64,000 nucleotides of DNA, taken from the NCBI GenBank assembly GCA_964440095.1, contig CAYTPZ010000007.1:838-64837 (forward strand). The letters run 5' to 3'. Positions 54,286 through 63,984 of the stretch are shown one piece after another. A model generated the notes under the pieces. It searched no databases, was not told where the DNA came from, and was given only the letters and a program-made list of their open reading frames with translations. Source of the stretch: an uncultured bacterium. GTDB lineage: Bacteria; Krumholzibacteriota; Krumholzibacteriia; JACNKJ01. The first letter of the stretch is position 1. The number at the start of each line of letters is the position of its first letter. Both the position numbers and the translations under genes were made by a program.

Positions 54286-54543
54286 ATGAGAGTTGAACTT
54301 GTAACTACACTCAAGCGTCAGGCTACCAGGATTCTCGAGGAACTTCGAAAATCCAAAGAGCCGATTCTAATCACCGAGCACGGTAAGCCGTCGGCCTATC
54401 TCATCAATGTTGAAAACTACGAATTGATGCAGAAACGAATGAGGATTCTCGAGGGAATTGCCAAGGGTGAGCGGGCCATCCTCGAAAACCGAGTCCTTAG
54501 TCAAGTCGCCGCAAAGCGGAAGATGCAGAAGTGGCTCAAATAG
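54286..54543 (+). CDS. Type II antitoxin, Phd/YefM family
   Basis: LVTTLKRQATRIL...KEPILITEHGKPSAYLI.VE.YE. Confidence 0.92.
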   Translation: MRVELVTTLKRQATRILEELRKSKEPILITEHGKPSAYLINVENYELMQKRMRILEGIAKGERAILENRVLSQVAAKRKMQKWLK

Positions 54544-54845
54544 TCTGGGCTGAAAACGCATTGCAGGAGCTTGATGACATTGCAGAGTACATTTCCCTCG
54601 ATAAACCCGTTGCAGCGGCGAGCTTCGTAAAAACCGTTTTCGCGAAGGTGGACCGCCTAGCCTTGTTTCCAGATTCAGGTCGGCGCATCCCAGAAATTCC
54701 CCGCTCAGGCTATCGCGAAATCATCGTGAAACCCTGTCGATTGATCTATCGCGTCGAGGGAGATCGAGTGTTGATTGTTCACGTCTATCGAAACGAGCAA
54801 CAATTACAGGCATACCTGCTTGAACAGAAGGATGAGACAGAGTAA
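54531..54845 (+). CDS. Type II toxin, RelE/ParE family
   Basis: IVW...ALQELDDIAEYI..D.P.AA...FP.SGR.IPE....YREIIV.PCRLIYRV. Overlaps the antitoxin stop. Confidence 0.92.
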   Translation: MAQIVWAENALQELDDIAEYISLDKPVAAASFVKTVFAKVDRLALFPDSGRRIPEIPRSGYREIIVKPCRLIYRVEGDRVLIVHVYRNEQQLQAYLLEQKDETE

Positions 54846-54972
54846 TCAGACAACCATTTCCATCCCTCAGCAGAAGTTCAGGTTGATGTTCACGTTCATT
54901 GACTTCCCCGCTTTCCTATGTGAATCTCCCTCCGCTTTCCCCCCGCACACGGCGCAACCGAGAAAGGACTCC

Positions 54973-55755
54973 ATGCCTTACGAGAATATTGAACTCAGGA
55001 AAGACGCTGCCCTGGCCTGGCTCTTCATCATGCGCCCCAAAGCCTTGAACGCTCTGAACTTCCAGACTTTGGACGAAATAGACGCGGCCCTGAGCGAAAT
55101 CGAGGGCGACAGCGATATCGGCTTACTGATTATCTCGGGCGACGGCCCCAAGTCCTTCGTCGCGGGAGCAGATATAAGTGAGCTTCACAAGCTCGAAGGC
55201 GATGGTGGTCTTGAGACGGCTCGCCGCGGGCAGGGGCTCTTTGACCGTATCGACAATCTGCCCATTCCCGTGATCGGTGCCATCAACGGTTTTGCCCTGG
55301 GTGGCGGCTGTGAGCTGGCCCTGGCCTGCGACATGCGCATCGCCAGCGATAACGCGGTGCTGGGCCTGCCCGAAGTGAAACTGGGTATCATTCCCGGCTA
55401 CGGCGGCACTCAGCGTCTGCCACGCCTAGTGGGGCCCGGATTCGCACTGGAAATGATCCTCAGCGGGCGCATGATTCAGTCGGACGAAGCGCTGCGGGTT
55501 GGGCTCGTCAACCGCGTCGTGCCGGCCGAAGATCTCGAAGCCACGGTCAAGGAGCTGGCGGCTCAGATTTTGGCCAATGGTCCCATCGCGATTCGCGCGG
55601 CCAAGGAGGCCGTGAAGGAGGGCCTGCAGCATGCCCTGGGCGGCGGACTGGAAGTGGAGGCCCGGCTATTTGCAAGCCTTTGCGGCAGCGCCGATCAAAA
55701 AGAGGGCATGAGCGCTTTCCTGGAGAAACGGAAAGCGGACTTCAAGGGTAAGTAA
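54973..55755 (+). CDS. crt: Enoyl-CoA hydratase (crotonase)
   Basis: FVAGADI, GFALGGGCELALACD, LPEVKLGIIPGYGGTQRL (both catalytic Glu present). ATG at 54973. Confidence 0.9.
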   Translation: MPYENIELRKDAALAWLFIMRPKALNALNFQTLDEIDAALSEIEGDSDIGLLIISGDGPKSFVAGADISELHKLEGDGGLETARRGQGLFDRIDNLPIPVIGAINGFALGGGCELALACDMRIASDNAVLGLPEVKLGIIPGYGGTQRLPRLVGPGFALEMILSGRMIQSDEALRVGLVNRVVPAEDLEATVKELAAQILANGPIAIRAAKEAVKEGLQHALGGGLEVEARLFASLCGSADQKEGMSAFLEKRKADFKGK

Positions 55756-55781
55756 GCCGCATCTTCTTTGTTGATAAAGGC

Positions 55782-55810
55782 TTGATGCTCCGCCCCTGGC
55801 TTCGTAACTT
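55782..55810 (+). promoter_or_regulatory. Probable promoter of tRNA-Leu-tig
   Basis: TTGATG-17 nt-TAACTT. Confidence 0.5.
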
Positions 55811-55854
55811 GGACGCTCGGGCAGCTCTGAACTGTTCGAACGCGCGATCCATCC

Positions 55855-55936
55855 GCGAGAGTGGTGGAATTGGCAGACACGCAGGATTTAGGATCCTGTG
55901 AGGCAACTCGTGGGGGTTCGAGTCCCCCCTCTCGCA
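55855..55936 (+). tRNA. tRNA-Leu (TAG), CCA not encoded
   Basis: Acceptor GCGAGAG/CTCTCGC, D-loop GGAATTGGCAGAC, anticodon arm CAGGA-TTTAGGA-TCCTG, long variable arm, GGTTCGAGTCC. Usual position before tig. Confidence 0.95.
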
Positions 55937-55942
55937 CCCGAC

Positions 55943-56028
55943 CCGCTAGCCGCCGTCCGCCTACCGCTATCCGCCAGCAGCGCCATTGTGGCGGTCGGCG
56001 GTGAGCGGTGAGCGGTGAGCGGAAAGCG
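55943..56028. repeat. Inverted array of heptamers (CCGCNNN x5 / (A/G)GCGGTG-like x5-6)
   Basis: ccgctag ccgccgt ccgccta ccgctat ccgccag ... ggcggtc ggcggtg agcggtg agcggtg agcggaa. Confidence 0.75.
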
Positions 56029-56039
56029 AAAGGACATTT

Positions 56040-57398
56040 ATGAGCACCGAAACGCATGAGCACACTCACGATCATTCCCACGCTCCTCTTGTGGAACTTG
56101 GAGAGGTCACCGTCGAGGAAAGCAAATCCTGGCAGCGCGTGGTGTCGGTAAGCGTGCCGGCCTCCGAATGGGACAAGGCTCGCGCGGATGCCGCCAAGAG
56201 TCTTCGCAAGGGTGTGACCCTGCCCGGTTTCCGCAAGGGCAAGGCGCCGGCCGATAAGGTCGAAGCGCAGTATGGTCCTCAGATCGATATGGATACGCTG
56301 GAGTATCTGATCCCGAGGGCCTGGCATCAGGCCACCCACGAGATCGAATTCATGCCCATTAACGATCCCGAGTATTCGGACATCGACTTCGGTGCCGACA
56401 AGCCTTTCACCTTTAAAGCCACCGTGGAGATTCGTCCCGAGGTGAAGATCGACGGCACTAAGGGCATGAAGGTGACTTGGTATAAGGAAGAGGCGCCCGC
56501 CGATGCCGCCGAGCAGACTCTGCTGGGCATCCGTGAGAATCGGGCCGAGTACAACGAGGTCGAGCGCGAAGCCCAAGACGGCGATCGCATCACCGCCGAT
56601 TTCAATCAGGTGGATGAGGGCGGCCTGCCCATCGTGGGCACCCAGGTGAGCGACCACAGTTTCGAGCTGGGCAGCCCCATGATTCTGGAAGAGTTCTCAA
56701 ACGGCATGCGCGGCATGTCGGTGGACGATGAGCGCACCTTCTCGGTGACCTATCCCGAGGAATACGAGCAGAAGGAACTGGCCGGAAGCACTCGCGGCTT
56801 CAGCGCCAAGCTCAAGAAGCTGGAAGAGAAACACTTGCCCGAACTCGACGACGCCTTCGCCAAGGAACTGGGCGACTTTGAAAACGTGGCCGCGCTGCAG
56901 GAGCGCATCGAGGCGAATATCGCCCTCGAGGTCGAGGGACGAAATCGCGAGCGCCTGGACGCCGCCTTGATCCAGTCTTCGGTGGCCAAGAACGATTTTG
57001 AGGTTCCGCCTTCCATGGTCACGCGCTACGTGGAAGCCATGCTCGAGGAGCAGGTGGAGCGGGTCGGCGGCGAGATGAGCGACGAGGATAAGGAAAACGC
57101 CCGCAAGAACTTCCGCCCGGGTGCGGAATTTGCAATCAAGCGTTGGTTCCTGCTCGATTCCCTGGGGAAACAGGAGGGAATTGTTGTCAGCGATGAGGAC
57201 TTCGAGGATCATATGAAGAAGATCGCGGAGCAGGAGGGCGTCGAAGTGGACCAGATTCGTGAGTCATTCGCCAAGCATCAGGCGGAAGGACGGGTCCGCG
57301 AAGACCTTCTCCACCGTAAAGTACTGGATTTCCTCAGAGAAAACGCAAAAATTAAGGAAGAGGCCATTCCCGAGACTCCACCTCAGTCCCAGGGATAG
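56040..57398 (+). CDS. tig: Trigger factor
   Basis: Ribosome-binding motif [14 protein letters not shown]-like domain (GDRITADF), C-terminal SurA-like domain. Confidence 0.95.
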   Translation: MSTETHEHTHDHSHAPLVELGEVTVEESKSWQRVVSVSVPASEWDKARADAAKSLRKGVTLPGFRKGKAPADKVEAQYGPQIDMDTLEYLIPRAWHQATHEIEFMPINDPEYSDIDFGADKPFTFKATVEIRPEVKIDGTKGMKVTWYKEEAPADAAEQTLLGIRENRAEYNEVEREAQDGDRITADFNQVDEGGLPIVGTQVSDHSFELGSPMILEEFSNGMRGMSVDDERTFSVTYPEEYEQKELAGSTRGFSAKLKKLEEKHLPELDDAFAKELGDFENVAALQERIEANIALEVEGRNRERLDAALIQSSVAKNDFEVPPSMVTRYVEAMLEEQVERVGGEMSDEDKENARKNFRPGAEFAIKRWFLLDSLGKQEGIVVSDEDFEDHMKKIAEQEGVEVDQIRESFAKHQAEGRVREDLLHRKVLDFLRENAKIKEEAIPETPPQSQG

Positions 57399-57426
57399 GG
57401 TAAGATTTTCCAAGGATGGATACCTG

Positions 57427-58047
57427 ATGAGTGAGACTACAAGCTACATGCCGGTTCCCATGGTCATCGAACAGTCGGGTCGGGGCGAGCGCGCCTACGA
57501 TATTTACAGCCGCCTGCTCAAGGACCGCATTATTTTCATCGGGTCGCCCATCGACGACCACGTTGCGAATTTGACCATCGCCCAGCTCTTGTTCCTGGAT
57601 GCGGAAGATCCGGATCGCGATATCTTCCTCTACCTGAACTCTCCCGGTGGAAGCGTGTCGGCCGGCCTCGCCATGTACGACACCATGCAGTATATCAAGA
57701 GTGATGTGGCGACCATATGCATGGGCATGGCCGCGAGCATGGGAGCTTTCCTGCTTGCCTCGGGAACCAAAGGTAAGCGTTACTCGTTGCCCAACGCCCG
57801 CATCATGATCCACCAGCCCAGCGGCGGCGCCCAGGGCCAGGCCACGGACATGGAAATTCACGCCCGCGAGATTTTGAAGACTCGCGACAAGCTCAACCAG
57901 CTTATGGCGGAGATGACGGGGCAGACGGTCAAGAAGATCGCCAAGGACAGTGATCGCGACTACTTCATGACTCCGCAGGAGGCCCTCGATTATGGCCTCG
58001 TGGATCGCGTCATGGAGAAGGCCGAGAACCTCAAAGCCGGCGATTAG
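57427..58047 (+). CDS. clpP: ATP-dependent Clp protease proteolytic subunit
   Basis: [50 protein letters not shown] at 57427. Confidence 0.97.
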   Translation: MSETTSYMPVPMVIEQSGRGERAYDIYSRLLKDRIIFIGSPIDDHVANLTIAQLLFLDAEDPDRDIFLYLNSPGGSVSAGLAMYDTMQYIKSDVATICMGMAASMGAFLLASGTKGKRYSLPNARIMIHQPSGGAQGQATDMEIHAREILKTRDKLNQLMAEMTGQTVKKIAKDSDRDYFMTPQEALDYGLVDRVMEKAENLKAGD

Positions 58048-58065
58048 GCCGGGCTTGGAGCAAAC

Positions 58066-59292
58066 ATGATTAAGTGTTCATTCTGCGGTAGAGGACAGGA
58101 CGAGGTGGCCAAACTGGTCAGCGGTCCCAATGTCTATATCTGCAATGAATGCATCAAGCTCTGCAACGACATCCTCGAAGAGGAGATGGTGGTTCCACCG
58201 CTCTTCGAAGAGGAGGATTTCCCCAAGCCTGAGGAAATCAAGGGCAAGCTCGATCACTATGTGATCGGACAGGATCGCGCGAAGATCACGCTGGCGGTGG
58301 CGGTTTACAACCACTACAAGCGCATCTTCCATCTGCGCGAGGCCGACGAAGTTGAGCTGGAGAAGAGCAACATTCTCATGCTGGGGCCGACGGGCACGGG
58401 CAAGACCCTGCTCGCGCGCACGCTGGCCTCACTGCTGAAGGTGCCCTTCGCCATCGTCGATGCCACCACGCTTACCGAAGCGGGTTATGTGGGCGAAGAC
58501 GTGGAGAACATCCTCGTGCGCCTGCTGCAGGCGGCCGACTACAATGTGGCATCGGCGGAGCGCGGAATCGTCTACATCGACGAGATCGACAAGATCAGCC
58601 GCAAAAGCGACAACCCGTCCATCACCCGCGACGTGTCGGGCGAAGGTGTGCAGCAGGCGCTGCTGAAGATCCTCGAAGGCACGGTTGCCAATGTGCCGCC
58701 CCAGGGCGGGCGCAAGCATCCGCAGCAGAAGTACATCGAGGTGAACACGAAGAACATCCTGTTCATCGTGGGCGGCGCCTTCGACGGCCTGCACGACATC
58801 GTCTCGCAGCGCATCGGGAACAAAACCCTTGGCTTCGGCGCGGAAATATTGAGTAAGAAACAGAAGAGTCAGGATGATATTCTTCTGAAAACCGAGCCCC
58901 AGGATCTGCTAAAATTCGGGCTCATCCCCGAGTTGGTCGGACGCCTTCCGGTGGTGGCATCGCTTCACGGTTTGTCGGAGTCGGCGCTGGTGGAGATCCT
59001 GGTGAAACCGAAGAACGCTCTGGTGAAGCAGTACCGGAAGCTTTTCGAGATGGAGAACATCAAACTGGAATTCGACCCGGGCGCCATTCGGGCCGTGGCC
59101 AAGAAGGCCACGGAGCGCAATACCGGGGCCCGAGGACTGCGGTCCATCATGGAAGAGGTCATGACTGACCTCATGTATGAGATGCCGTCCAAAAGCGGCA
59201 TCCAGCGCATCGTAATGACCGAGGAGAGCATCAAAATTGGGGGCGAGCCCAAACTCTTCTTGAGCGACGACGAAGGCGCGCGTCAGGCCTAA
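58066..59292 (+). CDS. clpX: ATP-dependent Clp protease ATP-binding subunit
   Basis: CSFCG zinc finger, [38 protein letters not shown]. Confidence 0.97.
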   Translation: MIKCSFCGRGQDEVAKLVSGPNVYICNECIKLCNDILEEEMVVPPLFEEEDFPKPEEIKGKLDHYVIGQDRAKITLAVAVYNHYKRIFHLREADEVELEKSNILMLGPTGTGKTLLARTLASLLKVPFAIVDATTLTEAGYVGEDVENILVRLLQAADYNVASAERGIVYIDEIDKISRKSDNPSITRDVSGEGVQQALLKILEGTVANVPPQGGRKHPQQKYIEVNTKNILFIVGGAFDGLHDIVSQRIGNKTLGFGAEILSKKQKSQDDILLKTEPQDLLKFGLIPELVGRLPVVASLHGLSESALVEILVKPKNALVKQYRKLFEMENIKLEFDPGAIRAVAKKATERNTGARGLRSIMEEVMTDLMYEMPSKSGIQRIVMTEESIKIGGEPKLFLSDDEGARQA

Positions 59293-59310
59293 GTCTGCGG
59301 AGTGAATACC

Positions 59311-59345
59311 GCCGGTCGGCCTGGCGCCGTCCGGCATTTTATTTG
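59311..59345 (+). terminator. Possible attenuating terminator between clpX and lon
   Basis: GC-rich imperfect hairpin GCCGG...CCGGC followed by ATTTTATTT. Confidence 0.4.
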
Positions 59346-59356
59346 AGGAGAACAAG

Positions 59357-61798
59357 GTGGAGATCAAGTATCAGGACAAGGTATTCCATCTGGAAGACCT
59401 CTTACCCCTGCTTCCCCTGCGGGACGTTGTGGTCTTCCCCTCCATGATCCATCCCCTGTTGGTGGGCCGCCCCAGTTCCGTGGCGGCTGTGGAGGAGTCC
59501 ATGCTGCATGACCGCGTTTTGATTGTGGCCACGCAGAAGGACAAGGATATCGACGAGCCCTCGGGCCAGGACATTCATCGCACGGGAACCCTCGTGCAGA
59601 TCACGCAGCTGCTGCGTCTGCCCGACGGCACCATGAAAATTCTGGTGGAGGGGCTTCGCCGCGTCAGCATTCTCGACTACGTGAGCGGCGACGAGTACTT
59701 CCGCGTGCAATTCGATCTACTGGAAGCGGACGAAGCCGTAGACGAAGCCGAGGCCGAAGCGCTCATGCGCACCCTGCAGGAGAAGTTCCGCGAGTACGTG
59801 GGCCTTAACAAGCGCGTGCCCGACGGTGTGCTCATGAGTTTGGACAACGTGGAAGATCCTCTGCTCATGGCCGACACCATCGCCACGCACATTCCTGAAA
59901 AAATCGAGCTTAAGCAGGCCCTGCTGGAAGAGCCTTCGCCTGTGGCGCGCATGCGCATTCTGCTGCGCGTGATCACCGAGGAAATGGAGATCCTGGCGCT
60001 GGAGCGGCAGATCGAAACCGAGGTGAAGAGTCAGGTGCAGCGCAATCAGCGCGAATTCTACCTGAACGAGCAGCTGAAGGCCATCCGTCGCGAGCTGGGG
60101 CACGAAGACGATGAAGCCAGCGAACTGGATGAAATCGCCGGCAACATCGAAGATGCCAAGATGAGCAAGGACGGCGAAGAGGCGGCCATGCGCGAGCTGG
60201 ACCGTCTGGCCAAGATGCCGCCCATGAGCCCCGAGGCCTCGGTCATTCGCACTTATCTGGAAACCTTGCTCGCCCTGCCCTGGCGCAAACGCAGTCGCGA
60301 TCGCCTGGACATCGTGAAGGTGGCCGAGAAACTCGACGACGATCACCACGGCCTAAAAAAGGTCAAGGAGCGCATCCTCGAGTTCCTATCGGTACTCAAG
60401 CTCACCCGCAAGGGCAAGAAGAGCGGCAAAATGAAGGGACCCATCCTTTGTTTTGTGGGGCCTCCGGGAGTGGGTAAGACCAGTCTGGGGCGCTCCATCG
60501 CCGACAGCATGGGCCGCAAGTTCCAGCGCATCAGCCTTGGTGGAGTGCGCGACGAAGCGGAGATCCGCGGACATCGCCGCACCTACATCGGTTCGATGCC
60601 GGGACGCATCGTGCAGTCGCTGAAGAAGGCGGGCACACGCAATCCCGTGATCCTGCTGGACGAAGTGGACAAGCTGGGCATGGACTTCCGCGGCGACCCG
60701 ACCAGTGCGCTGCTGGAAGTTCTGGATCCCGAGCAGAACCACACCTTCAGCGATCACTATCTGGAAGTGGCCTTCGATCTCAGCGAGGTCTTCTTCATTA
60801 CCACGGCCAACAATCTGCACGAAATTCCCGGGCCGCTGCGCGATCGTTTGGAGATCATTCGCATTCCGGGTTATCTGCAGGACGAGAAGCGCGCCATCGC
60901 GCGGGGCTTCCTCATTCCCAAGCAGATCAAGGCCCATGGCCTGGTGGAAGATCAGCTGTCTATTTCCGACGCGGTGCTCGATCGCATTGTGAGCGAGTAC
61001 ACCCGCGAATCCGGCGTGCGAAACCTGGAGCGCGAACTGGCGGCCCTCTGTCGCAAGACGGCGCGTCAGGTGGTGGAAAAAGATGTCAGCGGCGTCGAGG
61101 TGAACTCCGAAATGCTCGAAGAGTGGCTCGGACCGCCGCGCTTCATCAACGCCATGAAGGACAAGGCCGACGAGGTGGGCATCGCCACGGGTCTGGCCTG
61201 GACCAGTGTGGGCGGCGAAACCTTGAGCATCGAGGTGCAGCTGATCCCCGGCAAGGGCGAGTTCATTCTCACCGGACAGCTGGGCGACGTGATGAAGGAA
61301 AGTGCCAAGGCGGCGCAGACCATTGTGCGTGGTCGCGCCGAACAGTGGAACATCGACAAGGATTTCTTCACCACCACCGACGTGCACATTCACGTGCCCG
61401 AGGGCGCGGTGCCCAAGGATGGTCCCAGCGCGGGCGTGGCTTTGACCACGGCGCTTGTGAGTGCGATTACGGGTATTCCGGTGCGTCACGATGTGGCCAT
61501 GACCGGCGAGATCACCCTGCGCGGCAAGGTGCTGGCCGTGGGCGGTCTGCCCGAGAAAACCGTGGCGGCTCAGAGGCTGGGCATGAAGACCGTGCTGCTG
61601 CCCAAGCAGAACGAGAAGGACCTGCCCGAACTGCCCGACTCGGTGAAGGAACAGATCAACCTGGTCTTCGTGGAGAGCATCGAAGAGGTGCTTGGCGAGG
61701 CCCTGTCTGAAATGCCCGGCAGCAAGCCCGGCAAGTCGAAGAAATCTGCGCCTTCGCGTCCTTCCGGCCGCAGCGGAGCGGCACCTCCGCCGAGCTGA
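59357..61798 (+). CDS. lon: Lon protease
   Basis: LPLRDVVVFP, GPPGVGKTSL, GHRRTYIGSMPG, HVPEGAVPKDGPSAG, GGLPEK. Confidence 0.97.
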   Translation: MEIKYQDKVFHLEDLLPLLPLRDVVVFPSMIHPLLVGRPSSVAAVEESMLHDRVLIVATQKDKDIDEPSGQDIHRTGTLVQITQLLRLPDGTMKILVEGLRRVSILDYVSGDEYFRVQFDLLEADEAVDEAEAEALMRTLQEKFREYVGLNKRVPDGVLMSLDNVEDPLLMADTIATHIPEKIELKQALLEEPSPVARMRILLRVITEEMEILALERQIETEVKSQVQRNQREFYLNEQLKAIRRELGHEDDEASELDEIAGNIEDAKMSKDGEEAAMRELDRLAKMPPMSPEASVIRTYLETLLALPWRKRSRDRLDIVKVAEKLDDDHHGLKKVKERILEFLSVLKLTRKGKKSGKMKGPILCFVGPPGVGKTSLGRSIADSMGRKFQRISLGGVRDEAEIRGHRRTYIGSMPGRIVQSLKKAGTRNPVILLDEVDKLGMDFRGDPTSALLEVLDPEQNHTFSDHYLEVAFDLSEVFFITTANNLHEIPGPLRDRLEIIRIPGYLQDEKRAIARGFLIPKQIKAHGLVEDQLSISDAVLDRIVSEYTRESGVRNLERELAALCRKTARQVVEKDVSGVEVNSEMLEEWLGPPRFINAMKDKADEVGIATGLAWTSVGGETLSIEVQLIPGKGEFILTGQLGDVMKESAKAAQTIVRGRAEQWNIDKDFFTTTDVHIHVPEGAVPKDGPSAGVALTTALVSAITGIPVRHDVAMTGEITLRGKVLAVGGLPEKTVAAQRLGMKTVLLPKQNEKDLPELPDSVKEQINLVFVESIEEVLGEALSEMPGSKPGKSKKSAPSRPSGRSGAAPPPS

Positions 61799-62406
61799 TG
61801 AGCTGGAAACGCCTGGAGTTCGTAACGAGTGCGAAAGCTTTGGAAGGCTGTCCTCGGGCCCAGGTGCCCGAGGTAGCCTTTGCAGGGCGCAGCAACGTGG
61901 GCAAGTCTTCCCTCTTAAATACCATCGCCGGGCGAAAGGCCCTGGCCAAGGTCAGCGGTAAACCCGGCAAAACCCGACTCCTGAATTTCTTCAACCTGGA
62001 TGATCGCGGTCATCTGGTGGATCTGCCCGGCTACGGCTTCGCCGCCGTGAGCAAGTCCATCAAGGCCGAGTGGGGCCGCTTCATGTCGGAGTACCTCAAG
62101 GGCCGGCCCCAGCTCATTGGCGTGGTGCAGTTGCTCGATTGCCGCCATGAGCCCAGTCAGCAGGACAAGCAGATGATCGCCTGGCTGGAGGCCAGCGAGC
62201 TGCCCTTTTTCCTGGCCCTGACCAAGTCCGACAAGATTTCCCGGGGAATAAGGCAGAAGCACCAGAGCATGATCCTGAAATCGCTGGATCTGCAAACCCA
62301 AGTGCCCCTTCAGTTTTTCTCGTCCGAGACCGGCGAGGGCAAGCCCGAGCTGAGGGCCTGGGTGGACGAGACCCTGGAAGCCGGCCGAGTGCAGATGCTT
62401 CGTTGA
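61798..62406 (+). CDS. engB: Ribosome biogenesis GTPase EngB/YsxC
   Basis: GRSNVGKSSL, PGKTRLLNF, DLPGYG, TKSDK. Confidence 0.95.
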   Translation: MSWKRLEFVTSAKALEGCPRAQVPEVAFAGRSNVGKSSLLNTIAGRKALAKVSGKPGKTRLLNFFNLDDRGHLVDLPGYGFAAVSKSIKAEWGRFMSEYLKGRPQLIGVVQLLDCRHEPSQQDKQMIAWLEASELPFFLALTKSDKISRGIRQKHQSMILKSLDLQTQVPLQFFSSETGEGKPELRAWVDETLEAGRVQMLR

Positions 62407-62431
62407 CAGGGGGCCTCGGCCCTTCTAAATT
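62403..62431 (+). promoter_or_regulatory. Sigma70-type promoter of purA
   Basis: TTGACA-17 nt-TAAATT. Confidence 0.7.
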
Positions 62432-62467
62432 GGGTCGGCTTTCCCATCCTTCCGAAAGGTAATCCCG

Positions 62468-63769
62468 ATGAGCGAGAAGCGCGGACGGGCCACCGTCGTC
62501 CTGGGTGGACAATGGGGCGACGAGGGCAAGGGCAAGATTGTGGACTTTCTGGCGGAGTCGCATGACGTGGTTGTGCGTTTCCAGGGCGGCGCCAATGCGG
62601 GGCACACCATTAGAACCGAGGGGCAGGAATACATCTTCCACCTGATCCCTTCGGGCATTCTCATGGAGGGCAAGGACTGCATCCTTGGCGGTGGACTGGT
62701 GGTGGATCCGCTGGAACTGGCCGAGGAACTGGCCGGCCTGCGTGCTCGCGGCGTGGCCGTGGAGGGGCGCGTCTTCCTGAGCAGTTCGGCGCACATGCTG
62801 CTGCCTTATCACAAGGTGCTGGACCGGCTGGAAGAGGAATCGAAAAAGGGCAAGAGCATCGGCACCACGGGGCGTGGTATTGGGCCGGCCTACAAGGACA
62901 AGGCTTCGCGCACGGGCCTGCGGGCCGAGATGTACGCGAAAGATGATGAGCGCCTCGAGCGCATTCTCATGGAGCGGGTGATCGAGATCAATCGGACCAT
63001 CGCCGCGCTCTATGATGCGGAGGCGCTGAGTCCCAAGGAAACCGTGGACAAGGTCATGGCGGTGAAGCCGGTGATCGAACCCATGCTGGTGGATTCGCAT
63101 CGCTACCTGCAGGACGCCATGCGCGAGGGCAAGGACATACTGCTCGAGGGCGCCCAGGGAACCATGCTGGACCTGGACCACGGAACCTATCCCTTCGTGA
63201 CCAGCAGCAACCCGTCTATCGGCGGGGCGATTGTGGGAAGTGGTGTGGCGCCGAAGAACCTCGGCGAGGTCATCGGCATTTTCAAGGCCTACTGCACGCG
63301 TGTGGGCAACGGGCCCTTCCCCTCGGAGCTGCATGGTGAAGAGGGCGAAACGCTGAGGCAGGAGGGCGCCGAATTCGGGGCGACCACCGGCCGGCCCCGG
63401 CGCTGCGGATGGTTCGACCTGGTGGCCGCGCGCTACTCGGCCGAGGTGAACGGCGTGACGCAGCTTGTGATCACCAAGTTCGACATTCTCTGCGGCATGA
63501 AGAAGGTGCAGGTTTGCACGGGCTATCGCATCGGCGATGAGATGCACCAGGATTACCCGCGCGATCTTGCCCTGCTGGAAAAGGCTGAGCCCGTGCTGCG
63601 CGAGTTCGAGGGCTGGGACGAGAAGCTGGGCGATGCGCGCAATTGGGACGAGATTCCAGAGGCCGCCAAGGTCTACCTGAAGTTCCTGTCCGATGAGCTG
63701 GAGACGCCCATTTTGTACGTGAGCGTGGGTCCGGATCGGAAGCAGATCATTCCCGCGGGAGAGTTTTAG
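62468..63769 (+). CDS. purA: Adenylosuccinate synthetase
   Basis: QWGDEGKGK, GGANAGHT, IGTTGRGIGPAY.DK, EGAQG..LD.DHGTYPFVTSS, TTGRPRRCGWFD. Confidence 0.98.
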   Translation: MSEKRGRATVVLGGQWGDEGKGKIVDFLAESHDVVVRFQGGANAGHTIRTEGQEYIFHLIPSGILMEGKDCILGGGLVVDPLELAEELAGLRARGVAVEGRVFLSSSAHMLLPYHKVLDRLEEESKKGKSIGTTGRGIGPAYKDKASRTGLRAEMYAKDDERLERILMERVIEINRTIAALYDAEALSPKETVDKVMAVKPVIEPMLVDSHRYLQDAMREGKDILLEGAQGTMLDLDHGTYPFVTSSNPSIGGAIVGSGVAPKNLGEVIGIFKAYCTRVGNGPFPSELHGEEGETLRQEGAEFGATTGRPRRCGWFDLVAARYSAEVNGVTQLVITKFDILCGMKKVQVCTGYRIGDEMHQDYPRDLALLEKAEPVLREFEGWDEKLGDARNWDEIPEAAKVYLKFLSDELETPILYVSVGPDRKQIIPAGEF

Positions 63770-63807
63770 CTCGAAAGTGGGGCGGGGGCTTGCGCGAAAG
63801 GCGTGCT

Positions 63808-63967
63808 CTCGACAGATTCTAGGCTCGGTCGCCGGGGAGGTGGTCGGGTGCTGCTGAGAGCTTGAGGCCCTCGGCAAATTCTAGGCCTGGTTGCTGGAGA
63901 CAGCGACTTTGCCGACTGCTGGAAGATCGAACGATCTCGGCAAAATCCAGGCCTGCACAGCCGGGGC
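63808..63967 (+). repeat. Three degenerate direct repeats with 62-66 bp period
   Basis: CTCGACAGATTCTAGGC (63808), CTCGGCAAATTCTAGGC (63870), CTCGGCAAAATCCAGGC (63936). Confidence 0.65.
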
Positions 63968-63984
63968 CGAAACTCAGGCGATAT

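Noticed and set aside
60386-61489. 367-aa ORF antisense to lon
   Set aside because: Codon-bias shadow ORF.
62114-63877. 587-aa ORF antisense to engB/purA
   Set aside because: Shadow frame of highly conserved genes in high-GC DNA, with no recognisable motifs.
63808-63967. CRISPR array interpretation of the 62-66 bp periodic repeats
   Set aside because: Repeats are too degenerate, the spacers resemble one another, only three units exist, and no cas genes are present. Kept as a tandem-repeat finding.
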